A stretch of DNA of 49,437 nucleotides, the filler included, from Jimgerdemannia flammicorona (lineage: Eukaryota), in the NCBI GenBank assembly GCA_003990765.1. It is 2 parts of 2 records of this genome, joined end to end, with 100 filler letters (N's around TTAATTAATTAA, not from the genome) between each part and the next. Parts side by side here need not be neighbours in the genome. Positions count along the whole stretch, not along the records: positions 1 to 24,671 come from RBNJ01000944.1; positions 24,772 to 49,437 come from RBNJ01000945.1. One strand, written 5' to 3'. The first letter of the stretch is position 1. Each line of letters opens with the position of its first letter. Below are positions 22,710-35,000 of the stretch, one piece after another. The notes under the pieces are model-generated. The model saw only the letters and a program-made list of their open reading frames with translations, made no database searches and had not been told where the DNA came from. A program made the translations under genes and the position numbers.

Positions 22710-23082
22710 CAAGACAAGGCCGTAAGATGACGGATAGTCCGTAAGACGACAATAGGCCGTAGGATGACGAATAGTCTGTAAGACGACGATAGGCCGCCAG
22801 ACAAATGCCAGGATGAATGCCAGGACGAATAGCAAGACAACGATGAACGGCAGGAGACGACGCGTTTGTTAAGGAAATTACTAAGTAAAGCGTCGCGGGT
22901 CCACCAGTGGAGCCTGAAAAGTGACCAGATATTCCACTGGGTTGTAAGAGGAACCAATGATTCTGATTTCATTCGGGGTGGTGGTATGTAGCCTGAAATT
23001 GTTGGATGTACAGCGACGTGTTTGTTAAGGAAATTACTAAGTAAGGCATCGCAGGGCCACTGGGGGAGGCCTAAAAAGTGAC
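22710..23082. repeat. Short tandem repeats (~19-bp GTAAGACGAC(A/G)ATAG unit) followed by ~65-bp direct repeat (22861-22925 / 23017-23082)
   Basis: Directly visible; TTTGTTAAGGAAATTACTAAGTAA..GC.TCGC.GG occurs twice. Confidence 0.8.
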
Positions 23083-23208
23083 TGACAACAACCGGAACCA
23101 CCCCAACCCCGGGCAGACGTGCTCTTACGCGTTTTTCAAAATCAGGAAATATATTCAAAGCAAGAACCCCGAGTTATGAAATACAGATATTGTATAGATG
23201 AATCAAAA

Positions 23209-24541
23209 TCATTTAAAAGCACTGCTTGTTGTAAGGTCCTGTGTTGTCTCCACCGCTGACGATATTATCTCAATCGACGTCCTCCATCATGTCCCTCTTC
23301 TGGCAATGTTTCTAGCCCCGGCGGGATTATCACAACCCTAATGATATCTCTCACGAGCCATCGGATTTAGTTCCCTCTGGCGACAACCATGCAAACTTGT
23401 CTTCCGGTCGTCCGAAGCAGAAGGCAACTGTGTCATCGTACGCTGGTAGCGAATCGGAATCTGAAGGTCGTCCATATAAAAGATGTAGATCGGAAGCAGG
23501 TATGGATTCAGAGCATCCTTGTCAACTTTTGAAGCTGATAAAAGTGGAGTATGGGATTCATAAAAGCAGGTTTGTGTATGATTATAAAGATTGCGCATTG
23601 TGTTGTTGATAGAAGTCCTTTTTTAACAATATTTATTTGCCTTACCCATAGTCGAGCATTCATCGTAACCATACCTACGCCTGGCGTTAAGGATACGGAT
23701 GGGCTTGTAATCGTTGTTGATGACAATGATCGATCATTATCAGCGGATTTATAAAGTATGCTGTACATGGCAAGCGTCTTGCTGGTTTGTACCATTTGAA
23801 GTCGGGGCAGTTCGAAGTGTCGTTCATGCTTCCAAACAAGTTGAAGTGTAATGTTGGTTAGTACTCATTTAAAGTAAAGACTCATGGATTCCCCCTTACA
23901 CATGTAGAATCTCTGTGCCGACGATATCAAGGCTTTCATTGCTGATGGTGTAACCACGATAACCTTGGTAAAGGAAGTTCAATCTACCCAAAAGGTTCAC
24001 ATTGGTAGTTCTTTGGATGTGAATCGGCATTAGGTCTTACCTCGTAGTGTCTCCAGAGACGTCACTGGATGTGACTGTAGTTGAGATAGTCCCACTGGCA
24101 CTAACCATGGTGGGTGCGATATGCGGAGGTGATGAGAGTGCATGTAAGACTTCTTCCACCTAAAAAGGAGAAGGGGATAAGGATGTGTATACACTTAAAG
24201 TAGACATGAAAGGATCAAGCAAACGAACGAACCTTGGGATAGTGCACCTTCCACTCCTGTCCATAATGCTTGGCTGGGGTAAACTTGACATAACCCTCAT
24301 TAGGGCCTATATAGTTCCTTCCACTCATGGCATGATAGAATCGGCAGGCATCCACTGCAGTTTTGAAATGCATGTGGCCATATCTGTAATAAAATTCAAT
24401 ATAAAAATTGAGAACACAAACCAGGAACACAAAGAACGAATCAGGAACAAGGTTATTACTCACGTCATTAATGGTTTTAAGGACTTGAGTTCCGTGATAC
24501 CTCTAAGCCAAGTTGCGATGAGGTCCTCTTAATGATAACGC
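23209..24541 (-). pseudogene. Degraded multi-exon gene with an RRM-like segment
   Basis: Successive GT-AG-flanked segments include YGHMHFKTAVDACRFYHAMSGRNYIGPNEGYVKF (RNP1-like, followed by a DA...AM.G helix), VEEVLHALSSPPHIAP..., LNFLYQGYRGYTISNE... and HERHFELPRLQ.... Internal stops are present and the 5' end is missing. Confidence 0.45.
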
Positions 24542-24624
24542 CTGATACTAAAACAGATTTCTCTGCTTTTCCACAGCAATTGCGTGTTTGCAACATATTG
24601 AGTTTACGAAGGAGCTTTCACGAA

Positions 24625-24671
24625 GGGTTGGGATGGGATGGGATGGGATAGGATGGGATGGGATGGGTTGG
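24625..24671. repeat. (GGGAT)n microsatellite at contig end
   Basis: Directly visible. Confidence 0.95.
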
Positions 24672-24771
24672 NNNNNNNNNNNNNNNNNNNNNNNNNNNNN
24701 NNNNNNNNNNNNNNNTTAATTAATTAANNNNNNNNNNNNNNNNNNNNNNNNNNNNNNNNNNNNNNNNNNNN
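24672..24771. other. Artificial 100-nt scaffolding spacer (44 N + TTAATTAATTAA six-frame stop + 44 N)
   Basis: Symmetric N runs around a palindromic linker with stops in all frames. Confidence 0.97.
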
Positions 24772-24929
24772 GAGACGTCAACCTGAACTTAAAATCAAAA
24801 AGCATAGAGGATGTACTCCATATGAAATTGATCTTGACCATAAGAAAACAGTTTTCCAGAACTTCCAGAATATCCAGAAAACCCTTCCAGAACTATGTAA
24901 CGGTTACCCAAAAAAGTAACCCTCTTACA
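24772..24929 (+). mobile_element. 3' end of a family-B LTR (3' or solo LTR)
   Basis: Matches ~39921-40078 and ~47346-47502, ends AAGTAACCCTCTTACA, and is not followed by the PBS. Confidence 0.9.
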
Positions 24930-25493
24930 GTATCAGTATTAGTAGACTTGTTCTACTTATTTTCAGAAATATCATATATATAGCTTATTCTTCTCTATTT
25001 CAACTATCTACCCTCTCTTTATTATATCTAATATCTCAAACTGAATCCTATATATACTTCTTACCTTTATAATCTCCATAACTCTCCTTTTCTAAGCATT
25101 GGTTCTCACTGTATAATTCTTCTCTTTCTTTCAGATCTCAAGTATACTATCATCATAGATAATACTTCTAAATGAATCAAATCAATTCAAATTGAATCAA
25201 ATTAAGGGTAATTTGAATCAAATTGAATTGAGGTCTGATTGAAATTTGAAATACAATAACTTGATGAAAATATGTCCAAATTTAATAAATGTTAGTATTT
25301 TGGATTTGTCTTGATAAGGCAAATCTAGTATAATAAAGGTCATTAAATTTAGATATATTTTTGTCAAGTTATTGAATTTCATAAATTTTATTATTGAAAT
25401 TTAAAGTTAATAGCTTATATTAATCTTTTATTTATTATTTAATATAATACATATATTCAGTACTTGTAATACTTGTCTGATATATTTTACTCA

Positions 25494-26681
25494 TGACGCT
25501 CCTTTCTCTGCTACCTTACCGGTCACAAGGTTTGGTAGGCGACCTTCCGAGTTCCCTTTCCCCTAATATTACCCCTCTACCTCGGGTTGGTTTGCTGTGC
25601 CTGCAGGGGCATGGTGGGAGGAGGGCAATGGTGCTGAGTTGCCTCTTTATCGGTGTCGGATCGGTGCTTCTGCCACTTTTTCGCGGATTCTGGTGCCTTC
25701 AGCTGCATCTGGGGTATACCCGTTTTGGTGCGGCGCCTTCTTCCTTTTGCTGTCGCCAACAAGGAGTTGTCTCGGTGTGTCTCAGGCTACATAGGGAGTC
25801 AGCCGACCTTGGGCGTCAAGTACTCAGTGTAGGTTACCTGCAGATCCTCGGTGCCTGTGGTGGGGCCCTCTGGCTTTGGCGAGCTTCCCGGCAAGCACAG
25901 TTCTGGCATAGGTGACTGCTTTTCGGGTGTTGTCAGGATGGGAGGGGAGATGGCCATCACAGATAGGCGGAAGGGCGATTACGGTGAACCAGTAGGGTGC
26001 CAGGCTGGGGGTGGTCATCAGGGCTGGGGCAGGTGCTGCTTCGGTGGGGCCTTTTGATTGGTGTGGTATAGCTAGGTGGTAGGTGTCACTCTCGGCTTCT
26101 TTTGGCAGATAGCGGGGTGAGGCCCCAGTCGTCAGGGGGGGTCGGGGGGCCCGAGGCTACCCATTTCAGGCGTCTTGGCTGCACTCAACTGGAACCGGGA
26201 GCTGACACGGCAATGTGATCGAGGCCGACAGGCTTGAGTAGTGGGGTATTGGGGGTTTCCTCCCACCTCACGTGTAAGTCCTTTACTCATCTCGACTGGG
26301 AGAACTAGGCCCTACCCACCGTGTTGTGCTTTGATGAGGGTTTTTTATTTGCCTGTCATTCTCTTTGGGGTGGCAGGGGCTATTCTATTCGGCTCAGGTG
26401 TGGCCTTGTACATACGTTGGGTTCTCAGGCATGCGCTTTCAGTCATTGGCATATGGTTGGGTTTCCCCTGGTGGTAGGAAGAGCATGGTGTGCAGAATGA
26501 GGTGTGGGCTTATCAGTCCTGCTGCGCCTGGCATGGTTGAGCTGCTGGACAATAGCTAGCCTAGGTTAATGAGGGGGCAGTGCTTGGTGGGTGGTGGGGG
26601 AGAGTTTTGGCCTATATAGTCTAGGTTCTCTTCCAATAAAAATCCGTGGGACATGAGTCTATTAAACAAAAAAAAAAAAAA
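25494..26681 (+). mobile_element. Non-LTR retroposed insertion (SINE-like or 5'-truncated LINE 3' end), ~1.19 kb
   Basis: Perfect 15-bp TSD GATATATTTTACTCA at 25479-25493 and 26682-26696, a 14-nt poly(A) at 26668-26681 and AATAAA at 26635. The insert is GC-rich in AT-rich surroundings; no RT or endonuclease motif was seen. Confidence 0.88.
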
Positions 26682-26924
26682 GATATATTTTACTCACTCA
26701 ATATATTTTACTTACCTAATATATTCTACTTGCCTGATACTCAGTATCTAGCAGCATGCCTGGCTGAAGCAATAGTCAACTAATAGAAATTATCATAAGG
26801 CATTTTTCTCAAAAATAGACCAGAAGTCAATAGGTTCAACTTCTGACAAATTTTAGAGAGGATACTATAAGTCTTCCCATATCATCTGCAATTATTACAA
26901 CTGATCCAAGGATGGTCTCTTGGC

Positions 26925-27730
26925 TTTGAGGTGACTGGGACAACTGAGACTAGGAGAGCTGGGGCTAGGGATACTGGGGCAATAACTAGAGCGAGAATGA
27001 TAACTGAGGCTGAGAAGATAACTGGGGTAATGACTAGGGCTGGGGTGATGATCAGAACTAGAGGGGTGATCAGGGTAATGACTATAACTGAGGTGATGAC
27101 TGGGGCTATAGAGGTGACTGGAGTAGCTAGAAGGATCAGAGCAATAGCTGAGATAAATCACTCAATCACTTTATTAATTATTTTCTTCTTTTTTATATAT
27201 TTATCTTAAGTAGCATTAATTTCATTAGTTGCTATCCAAATAGATATCTTGTCAATTACATAGTTCATATCTTTGAAATAATTTGAGATAAGCTTAAATA
27301 TATGTACATTTTGATTTATTTTTATTAGGTTTTATTATTTTTTTAATTTTTTATTAAAAATGGCAGCTTAGATAGCTTATTTATATATTTTTAATATCAA
27401 ACCAACAAGTAAACTCTGAGAGCTTCATAAGCCATAGTAACACAATTAGAGCTTTGAATATAGCTAAGAGTTATAATGATACAATTAATGAGTAAGTCCT
27501 GAGAGCTTTGAATATTGTACCAAGAGCATAAGTAAGCTAGAAGATAGTACCAAGAGCTGTGGTGATACAATTAGAGCTTCAAATATAGCTGAGAGCTATA
27601 GTGATATAATTAATGAGCAAGTCTCAAGAGCTTTAAATATAGCACCAAGAGCATAAGTAAGCTAGAAGATAGTGCCAAGAGCTATAGTAATACAATTAAT
27701 AAGCCAGCCCTAAAAACTTTAAATATAGTA
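26925..27730. repeat. Degenerate tandem repeats inside the hAT element (~15-bp ACTGGGGTGAT-like units 26925-27160; GAGCTTT(G/A)AATATAGC-containing units 27420-27730)
   Basis: Directly visible imperfect repeats. Confidence 0.7.
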
Positions 27731-28567
27731 GTATATATATTAGAAATTATATTCAAATATTAAGATATATAAATATATTTATTTGGTATTTTGAGATTAA
27801 ACTATATTTTAAGATATTTCAACTATATTTTGAGATTTCAGGATTATTCAGCTTATTACCATGCCTTTAAATACATATATTTATGAATTATTTCAGAGTT
27901 TAAAGTATCTCCTTTAGGTGCTACAAGATCTTTATCTTTTGAAAAAACTCTCTCTATAGATGTATTTATTGCTAGGATAGCTAAATAGTTATATATCATT
28001 TTTGCTAGATTTGGGTAATCTCTGCTATAGTCCTAATATTCCTAATGAATTAAATCAAATTAATAATATTTCAAATTAGACCAACTTACTTATCACTAAG
28101 ATAATATATCAACTTCTAGTTGAAATTTAACAGTTTCACTTTTTAAATAATTGTCTAACTCCTCCTTAAGATTTATTATCAGTTTTTGACTTTTTTTGTT
28201 AAAAATATGTTTAGATAGTTCAGCAATATTATTGACATTGACATTATCTCCTATTTTAGTATAATCTTCAGAACTTGTATGATAAACTAATAGAGGGATA
28301 TAGTTTTCATTATAGATTGTATAAATAGTTATTTCAGTCACTTCAATCCAAATAGTTTCTCAATTGTAGTTTGAATAATATTATAGTTTAAGCCTGGAAT
28401 CAAGAACTGGTTTTTATTCAAATAAATTTTAAAATGAATTCATAGTTCAAAAATTTGAAATAATCTTCAGTAATTAGCAAATTTTCGAAATATTTACTTT
28501 TCAGATCAATATAATAAATTAGATGATCTGTCATTGAATAGTATTTCTTCAACTTATCAATAGCTAC

Positions 28568-29813
28568 TGTGATAAACCAAAACATACCACCCAAATTATA
28601 TCTTAACCAGATGACATAAACAATTAGGCAAGATGATGTGAATACACAGCATAGTAACCAGCAACCATTGCTGTGAAAAACTGTATAAATAGCCAGACAT
28701 ACCAGAAAGGGTCTGTTTACCTGTATAGACTCTGTACACCCACTATAAGTAGCAGATCTATAGTTAGCCACATAGTAACCAGATAGCAACCAACTTGTAT
28801 AAATTACCCCAGAGACAAGAGTGAATAAAGACAAGTCTGTCTACCATACTTCGAGAGGAACTCTATAGCCACTGCTAGGAGATTGTGAGCTTATTTCCCC
28901 TTTCCACTCTGGTCCACTTTCCGATACAAAGAACAAGTTTGTTTTTGGTTTGCTTGCCAGATTAGCCTGAAGATTCCCACCTAAGAGAAAGCTACCTTGC
29001 TCAAGCCAGTTTCTGATGCAACTTTGCAGTGATTTATTGCGCAAATGAAGCCAGTCTTTAACATAACTTTGTCAAGAGACCCTTTTCATGCCATTGTATT
29101 TCCAGAAGCCTGCTGATTCAGGAAGAATCCATGCCACCTGAGTTATCTGAGTTATCTATCGTTTGTAAGTTATCTACCATATTCCCAGTTGAAGCCACCA
29201 ATTCAGAAAGAATCCATGCCATTTGAGTCAATTCCCAGTTAAGCTGCCATTTTCAAGAAGTTTGCCGATTCAGAAAGAATCTATATCATCCACCATTTTC
29301 AAGTTATCTACATTCCCAGAAGAGCTCGATTCATGCCATCCAAGTTATTTGTTGTTCCCAGTGAGCCCGAACATCCCGCATAAGGAACCCACTGCACTAC
29401 ACAGAGATCGCCCACCACCCAAGAAGTAAAATTGCTAAATTGCCAGACCGTCATGCATAGAGATCATCGCACTATACAGAAATTGTTGCACCACACAAGA
29501 GACCATCACCCCAGAAATTGCATACTTTTGGAGATTGCCTTGCTATACAAAATCATGGCATTTCCAGTTAACCCAAGAAGAAAATCTATTCATACACACA
29601 AACCACCACTATACCCAGAGAACCATCCCAATTAGGAAATCAACACACAAATTACTTGCAGATATCCAGCTTTGACTATTATACCACTAAACACCAAGGA
29701 CCTCAGGAATCTTAGAACATTTTGTTGCTTTTTGACAAAGTAACTGGGGGCTCAAGCTAAACTACATCAACCCCCAACCTTGTAATTTGCCCCCATTGAG
29801 CTGGCATGTTACA
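28568..29813 (+). mobile_element. Solo LTR (~1.25 kb) inserted in hAT transposase
   Basis: TGTGAT...GTTACA termini, 4-bp TSD CTAC/CTAT (one transition), TATAAAT at ~28685 and AATAAA at ~28824. The transposase frame resumes on both sides. Confidence 0.75.
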
Positions 29814-30579
29814 CTATTAATAGCTCTTATTGAATAAGAGTATTTGGCTCTCTAGTTTCTTCTGGTTCTGCTATATAATTTTAAAATACTTTGATGTTAT
29901 CTCATATCTAGTAAAAAGTTATAAATTGGAATAGTAGAATAAATTGTTAGATATTTTTGCTGAGTTGTAAGATCTGTTACATGTTGAAAATTCTTTAACA
30001 CCAAAATGATATCTTTTAACAACTGCTAAGTATAATCTCTAATAGCATATTATCATAAATCTTTATCAGCTATAATTGTTGAATTTAAGGACTATTAATA
30101 AAAATTAATTTATTAGATTAAACTTAGATATAATTACAGACTCATATTCCCAACATACTCAATCAACAAATTAAATATAATTAAATACAATTATCTCTAA
30201 TAATTTGATAATCTATTCAATTATTAAATATATCAAGTTCTACTAAATCTTAATATCCAAAATAAGTTCCTTTAGATTATTGATTTCATAGACTTTATAT
30301 TGTGTAAAAAATCTCTCACAATACTGTAGTATTGATCAGATCTTGCTAATACTCATTTGGAGACTTAAAATTATTTCTCCATCATTATCAGCCTTAAAAA
30401 GACTTAAACAGCCAGATTAATAATATGAGTCATACAGTATATATATTATATTGACTAATAGTTGAGGCCATAATCAAACTCTATTTCAATTGTTTGAAAA
30501 AATATATTATTGTTAGATATATTGTCTATTGTTATAGCTAATATCTAGAGTGAAAAATCAATAATTTAAAATATAAGAT

Positions 30580-30790
30580 AACTGTTTTTCAAAAATCCAA
30601 CCTTTATTGAAAACTCAATCTTTTTCAAAACCCAAACCTTTTTTGAAAACCTAATCTTTTTTGAAAAATATCCAACCTTTTTTCTTTCAAACTTTTTTAA
30701 AAACCTGACCTTTTCAAAAACCTGATCTTTTTTGAAAACTTTATCTTTTTTTTGAAAACCTGATCTTTTTAAAAATTCTTTTGAAAAGGC
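30580..30790. repeat. Tandem AAAACCTGATCTTTTT-like hairpin units, probably within a hAT transposase intron
   Basis: About 9-10 units of AAAA(C)C..(T)CTTTTT, with a minus-strand donor-like CTCAC at ~30789-30798. Confidence 0.7.
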
Positions 30791-32067
30791 TCACTCACTC
30801 TTTACATACATACTATTGTCTGTATACTAAAATCTCAAATATAGCTCCCAAAGGCATCAGTAAAGTTTTCACTAGAATGAAATTCCAATAGCTTATAACA
30901 TATAGTTGATTTGCCAATTTTGATAAATTCAATGTGCATTAATTTCAAGAAATATGTATATATATATTCAGTGATGTCTATGTATTAATAGTAAAGGATA
31001 TTCAGCCTAATATATTCTATTTTGAAATAAAATTAAATCAAACTAAGATTAATTTGAAATATTGGAATTAGTATTCAAAGTAATATTAAATCTTACCTAT
31101 AGTATAATTTTGACAGCATTATTATTCCTTTGAAAGGCTAGTTTAATTTCACTTTATATAGTTCCAGTAGAAGGAATAGTAATATCTGATTTCAGAAGAC
31201 AAAAAAGATCTCTCTACTCTAAATTCTGAATAATTATAAAAGGCTGACTATTATGAATAATTTAGCAAACAAACATATCTTAAAATAATTTTGTAGAAAA
31301 TCTTGGCTTTTAATATAAAAGAGAAATATCAAATAGTAATAAATTAATACAAAAAAAAAACAAAAAACAAAAAACAAAAAACAAAAAACAAATAATATAA
31401 AAGACAATACTTTTAAGAAAATGATTCTATTACTCCTGCTTGATGACTTTTGTGAAATTTGTCAAAATAATCTATAAATTTATTATAAAGCTATTGTAAT
31501 GGTACAGCCAAATTTGGAAGAAGGAAATATGGAATAGACACTTGATCACACCCAGTCCCAAAGTAGTATAGCCTTATAGTTAGCAGTCCTTGATTTCGAC
31601 ATTGTCTAAATTCTTAGACATTATTCAAATCAAACACCCTGATTTAGTACAGCATTTAGATATTGTCCAAATGTTTCAACAAAGTCCAAATGACTCATTT
31701 ATTACTTGGCCACCCTCTCATAGCTAGCAAACTTGTATAAATAACCCAGTATCTTCAAGTGAATAAACCTCAGATCGAAATAGTTCAAAGCAAAGAGATA
31801 GCAAAGGAACTAGTAAGCCTGCGGGCAGATACACTTCAAACTCACCCACCCTCCCCTACAACTTCAAGAAGACTCTGCGAGAGTCTGAACAGTCAAGTTT
31901 TCAAGATACAGAAATCTGACGTACTTTCAAGAGTAAGCATCCACTATATTACAACTTGGTACTCATTTGCTGGTGATTTAAGACGAATCCCTCACTTTCA
32001 AGCTGAATAACAAACAACCACCACTATCTGAACAACCATACAAACTGAGCCCCAATACCCAGACAAG

Positions 32068-35000
32068 ATGGATATAAGACCACCAGTATTCCATGGATAT
32101 ATCTCACATAAATCAATCATTACCTTCATTGATGATTTCGAGCAGTATGCTGCTGTAAGGACTCTGACAGCAGCACAGCAAGTAGCCCTCATGCCCTTCA
32201 GCCTATGAGGTCCTGCCAGAGCAGCATTCACAGCTGCAACCCATGCAGGAAATGATGCCGATGCCATACTGACAGCACAGAAGACCTGGCTCTGAAATAC
32301 ATATTACACAGACGAGATCAAGCAAGCCCTGAAGGATCAGCTCAACACAACATGCTAAGGAATGAGTGAGGATCCAAACACATTCTATACCAGAATTCGA
32401 TATCAGATAATCCTTGCAGATTATGCTACTGCTATCTGAGATCAAGTAGCCAAAGCAACCTTCATGAAAGGAGTCCATCCAGAAATAGCCATGGCCATCT
32501 GCTCATCACCAGTGATTCTGGATCTGCCACAGAAGGTCACCTATGCTCAGCAATACTGGATAGCCAGACACCCACAAGACCATATAATGGAGAGAGTTAC
32601 AGGAGTCAGAATTGAGGCACCCAAGGCAACCAGTGTAATCTCTACCACAATGACCAATCAAAACACACCTCAGCCAAAAGCTACAGAGCAGCAAAAGAAC
32701 AGTGACCCTATAGAGGAACTTGCCAAAAGGTTTGCTGAAATAACTGCCCACCTGGGAGATGTGGTAAAGGAAATCTGAGGAAGAGATCACCGTCCTGTTC
32801 AGAAGTTTGCCACCACCTCAGACAAGAAGAAAGGTACCTGCTATAGCTGCAGAGAAGAAGGCCACTACTCCTATGAATGTATGAGTGAAACCAAACACAA
32901 GGCTCAACCAAGCAATGCCACACAAAACAAAGAGCAGACCAATATAATTACCTTTGAAGAAATCGGAGAATCTGATGAAGAGGAATGGGAGGCCTATCCT
33001 GCTCAGACCACCAAGAAGGATGCTTGCAAAGAACCCTACAAGAGACCACAACCCAGTGGAAAAGTGGATGGAAACTGCCACAGAAAGCCAAGCCAAAGAG
33101 ATGGACCAAGATATCGAGCTGGAGCAAGCAGTTCAAGATATCATCTGAGGAACCACTCCAGCCAGTGAAGGAGAAAAAGAAAAGAAGCTTCGCAAGACCA
33201 AGACCTTCAAGTATAATATCTTCAAGGATCTCAGTCAACAAAAGGTCAATGCAACCTTTGGTCAGCTCACAGAAATCCCAACATTCAGACAGCAAATGAG
33301 GTTTGAACTTGCCGAAACAACCAAGGAACAAGGATGGAAGACAACTGAGACCAATAATGCTCAAGAAGACTCAGGAGAAGAAAGTAAGGACAATCGCAAA
33401 ATATCTGCTTATGCAACATACCAAATCAAGGATCGAGTCTTTGAAGCCATCATTGATACAGGAGCAGGAGGATGTCTTCTCAGTAAGAAGGCAGCAGACC
33501 ACCTAGGTTGGGATGTAGAAGAAGCAACTAAGCTAGTATTCATCACAGCCAATGGCACAAGAGCCACACCTCTGGGAAAGATCCGAGATGTTTCCATCAA
33601 GATCAGAGGAGCAACAATTCCAGTAGATGTAATCATAACCAATGCCACCAACTATGACATCCTCATTGGCAATCAATGGCTTCATAAAGCCAAGGCAGTA
33701 ATTGATCTCAATGCTCAGAAGATGCAGATCACCTACCGGGGACAGAAGATATGAATTCCCATCAATGTCAACAAAGGAGTCCTGCCCAATATGGAGGAAG
33801 AAGAGAGTGAGCAAGAGGAAGCTTATATGGTGACTATCCCAAAGAAGAAGAAAGTTGGATGGATGAGTGAAAAAGAATGGTGCAAGAAGATCGCAGAAGG
33901 CTATGCCCCACAAGGAGTCTGTCCTCATAGAATCAAGATGTACTGTATGGAGCATGTCAATGATTGCTACCAGTGCACCATTGGAACCAAGAAGATCTAC
34001 CAGGAAAGAAGGCAGAAAGCTCTCAAAAAACAGATCGAGGAAGAAGAGAAGGAGGAAGATGACAAACCACCAGCCCTCCTGGAGGACAGTGATGATGAAG
34101 AAGAAATCAAGGTCAAGATTCGAAAGATCCACCCTGATGCAGTCTTGCCAGAATACAAGTCAGAAAATACAGCTGGAATGAACATCACTACAATAGAAGA
34201 AACTGTACTTGAACCCCAGACAACCACCCTACTTGCAACTGGACTAGAGATGACTATCCCAAAGGATCATGTCAGGATTCTCAAGACAAGAAGCAGCCTG
34301 GCTAGAAGCGAAATCACAATCAAAGGAGGAGTCATTGATTCAGACTATACTGGAGAAATTCTACTCATTGCTAGGAACCACAATCCTACAATTCCATTCC
34401 CAGTCAAGAAGAAGGACTGATTGGCACAGATGTTGATCTTCCCAATCCTACAGCCAAGGATCATAGAAGTCAAGAATCTGGAGGAAATGAAAAGAGGAAA
34501 GAAAGGATTCAGATCCACAGAAAGAGGAGTATTTGCCAGCACCAAGATCACCAAACTCGAGCATAAGAAGGAGGAAAACACAAGCAAGCACAGTTACACC
34601 ATTGGAGACAAATTTCCACTCAAGGAGGAACTCAAGAAAATACTCAACAAATTCAAGGATGTCCTTACCACAGATTTCAAGGATATCAAGGGAAAGACCC
34701 CATACTACTATCATGAGGTAGATACCGGAGACACTGAACCAATTTATCAGAAGGCAAGACCTGTCCCGCCAGCCTACCAAGAATGGCTCAGAGAAGAAAT
34801 CAAGCAGATGGAAGAAGCCGGCATCATCATAGAAGCCAGCAGTCCCTGGTCTTCACCAGTTGTACTAGCCCCAAAAAAAGGAAGCAAACTCAGAGAATTT
34901 GCCCCAAGGCTCTGTGTCGACTACAGAAAGCTCAATGCAGTTATCAAGAAGGATCGCCAACCACTGCCGCTCATCAGTGACATCCTTATAACACTGGAAG

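Noticed and set aside
22568..23158. 196-aa ORF with internal repeat
   Set aside because: It runs across tandem and direct DNA repeats and has no recognisable domain.
24625..24671. Telomeric repeat
   Set aside because: GGGAT is not the TTAGGG-type unit and the tract is short and imperfect; treated as a microsatellite.
24716..24727. TTAATTAATTAA palindrome
   Set aside because: Assembly linker in an N gap; adjacency of the two halves is not established.
32948..34780. Several minus-strand ORFs over gag-pol
   Set aside because: Antisense shadows of the A-rich coding strand.
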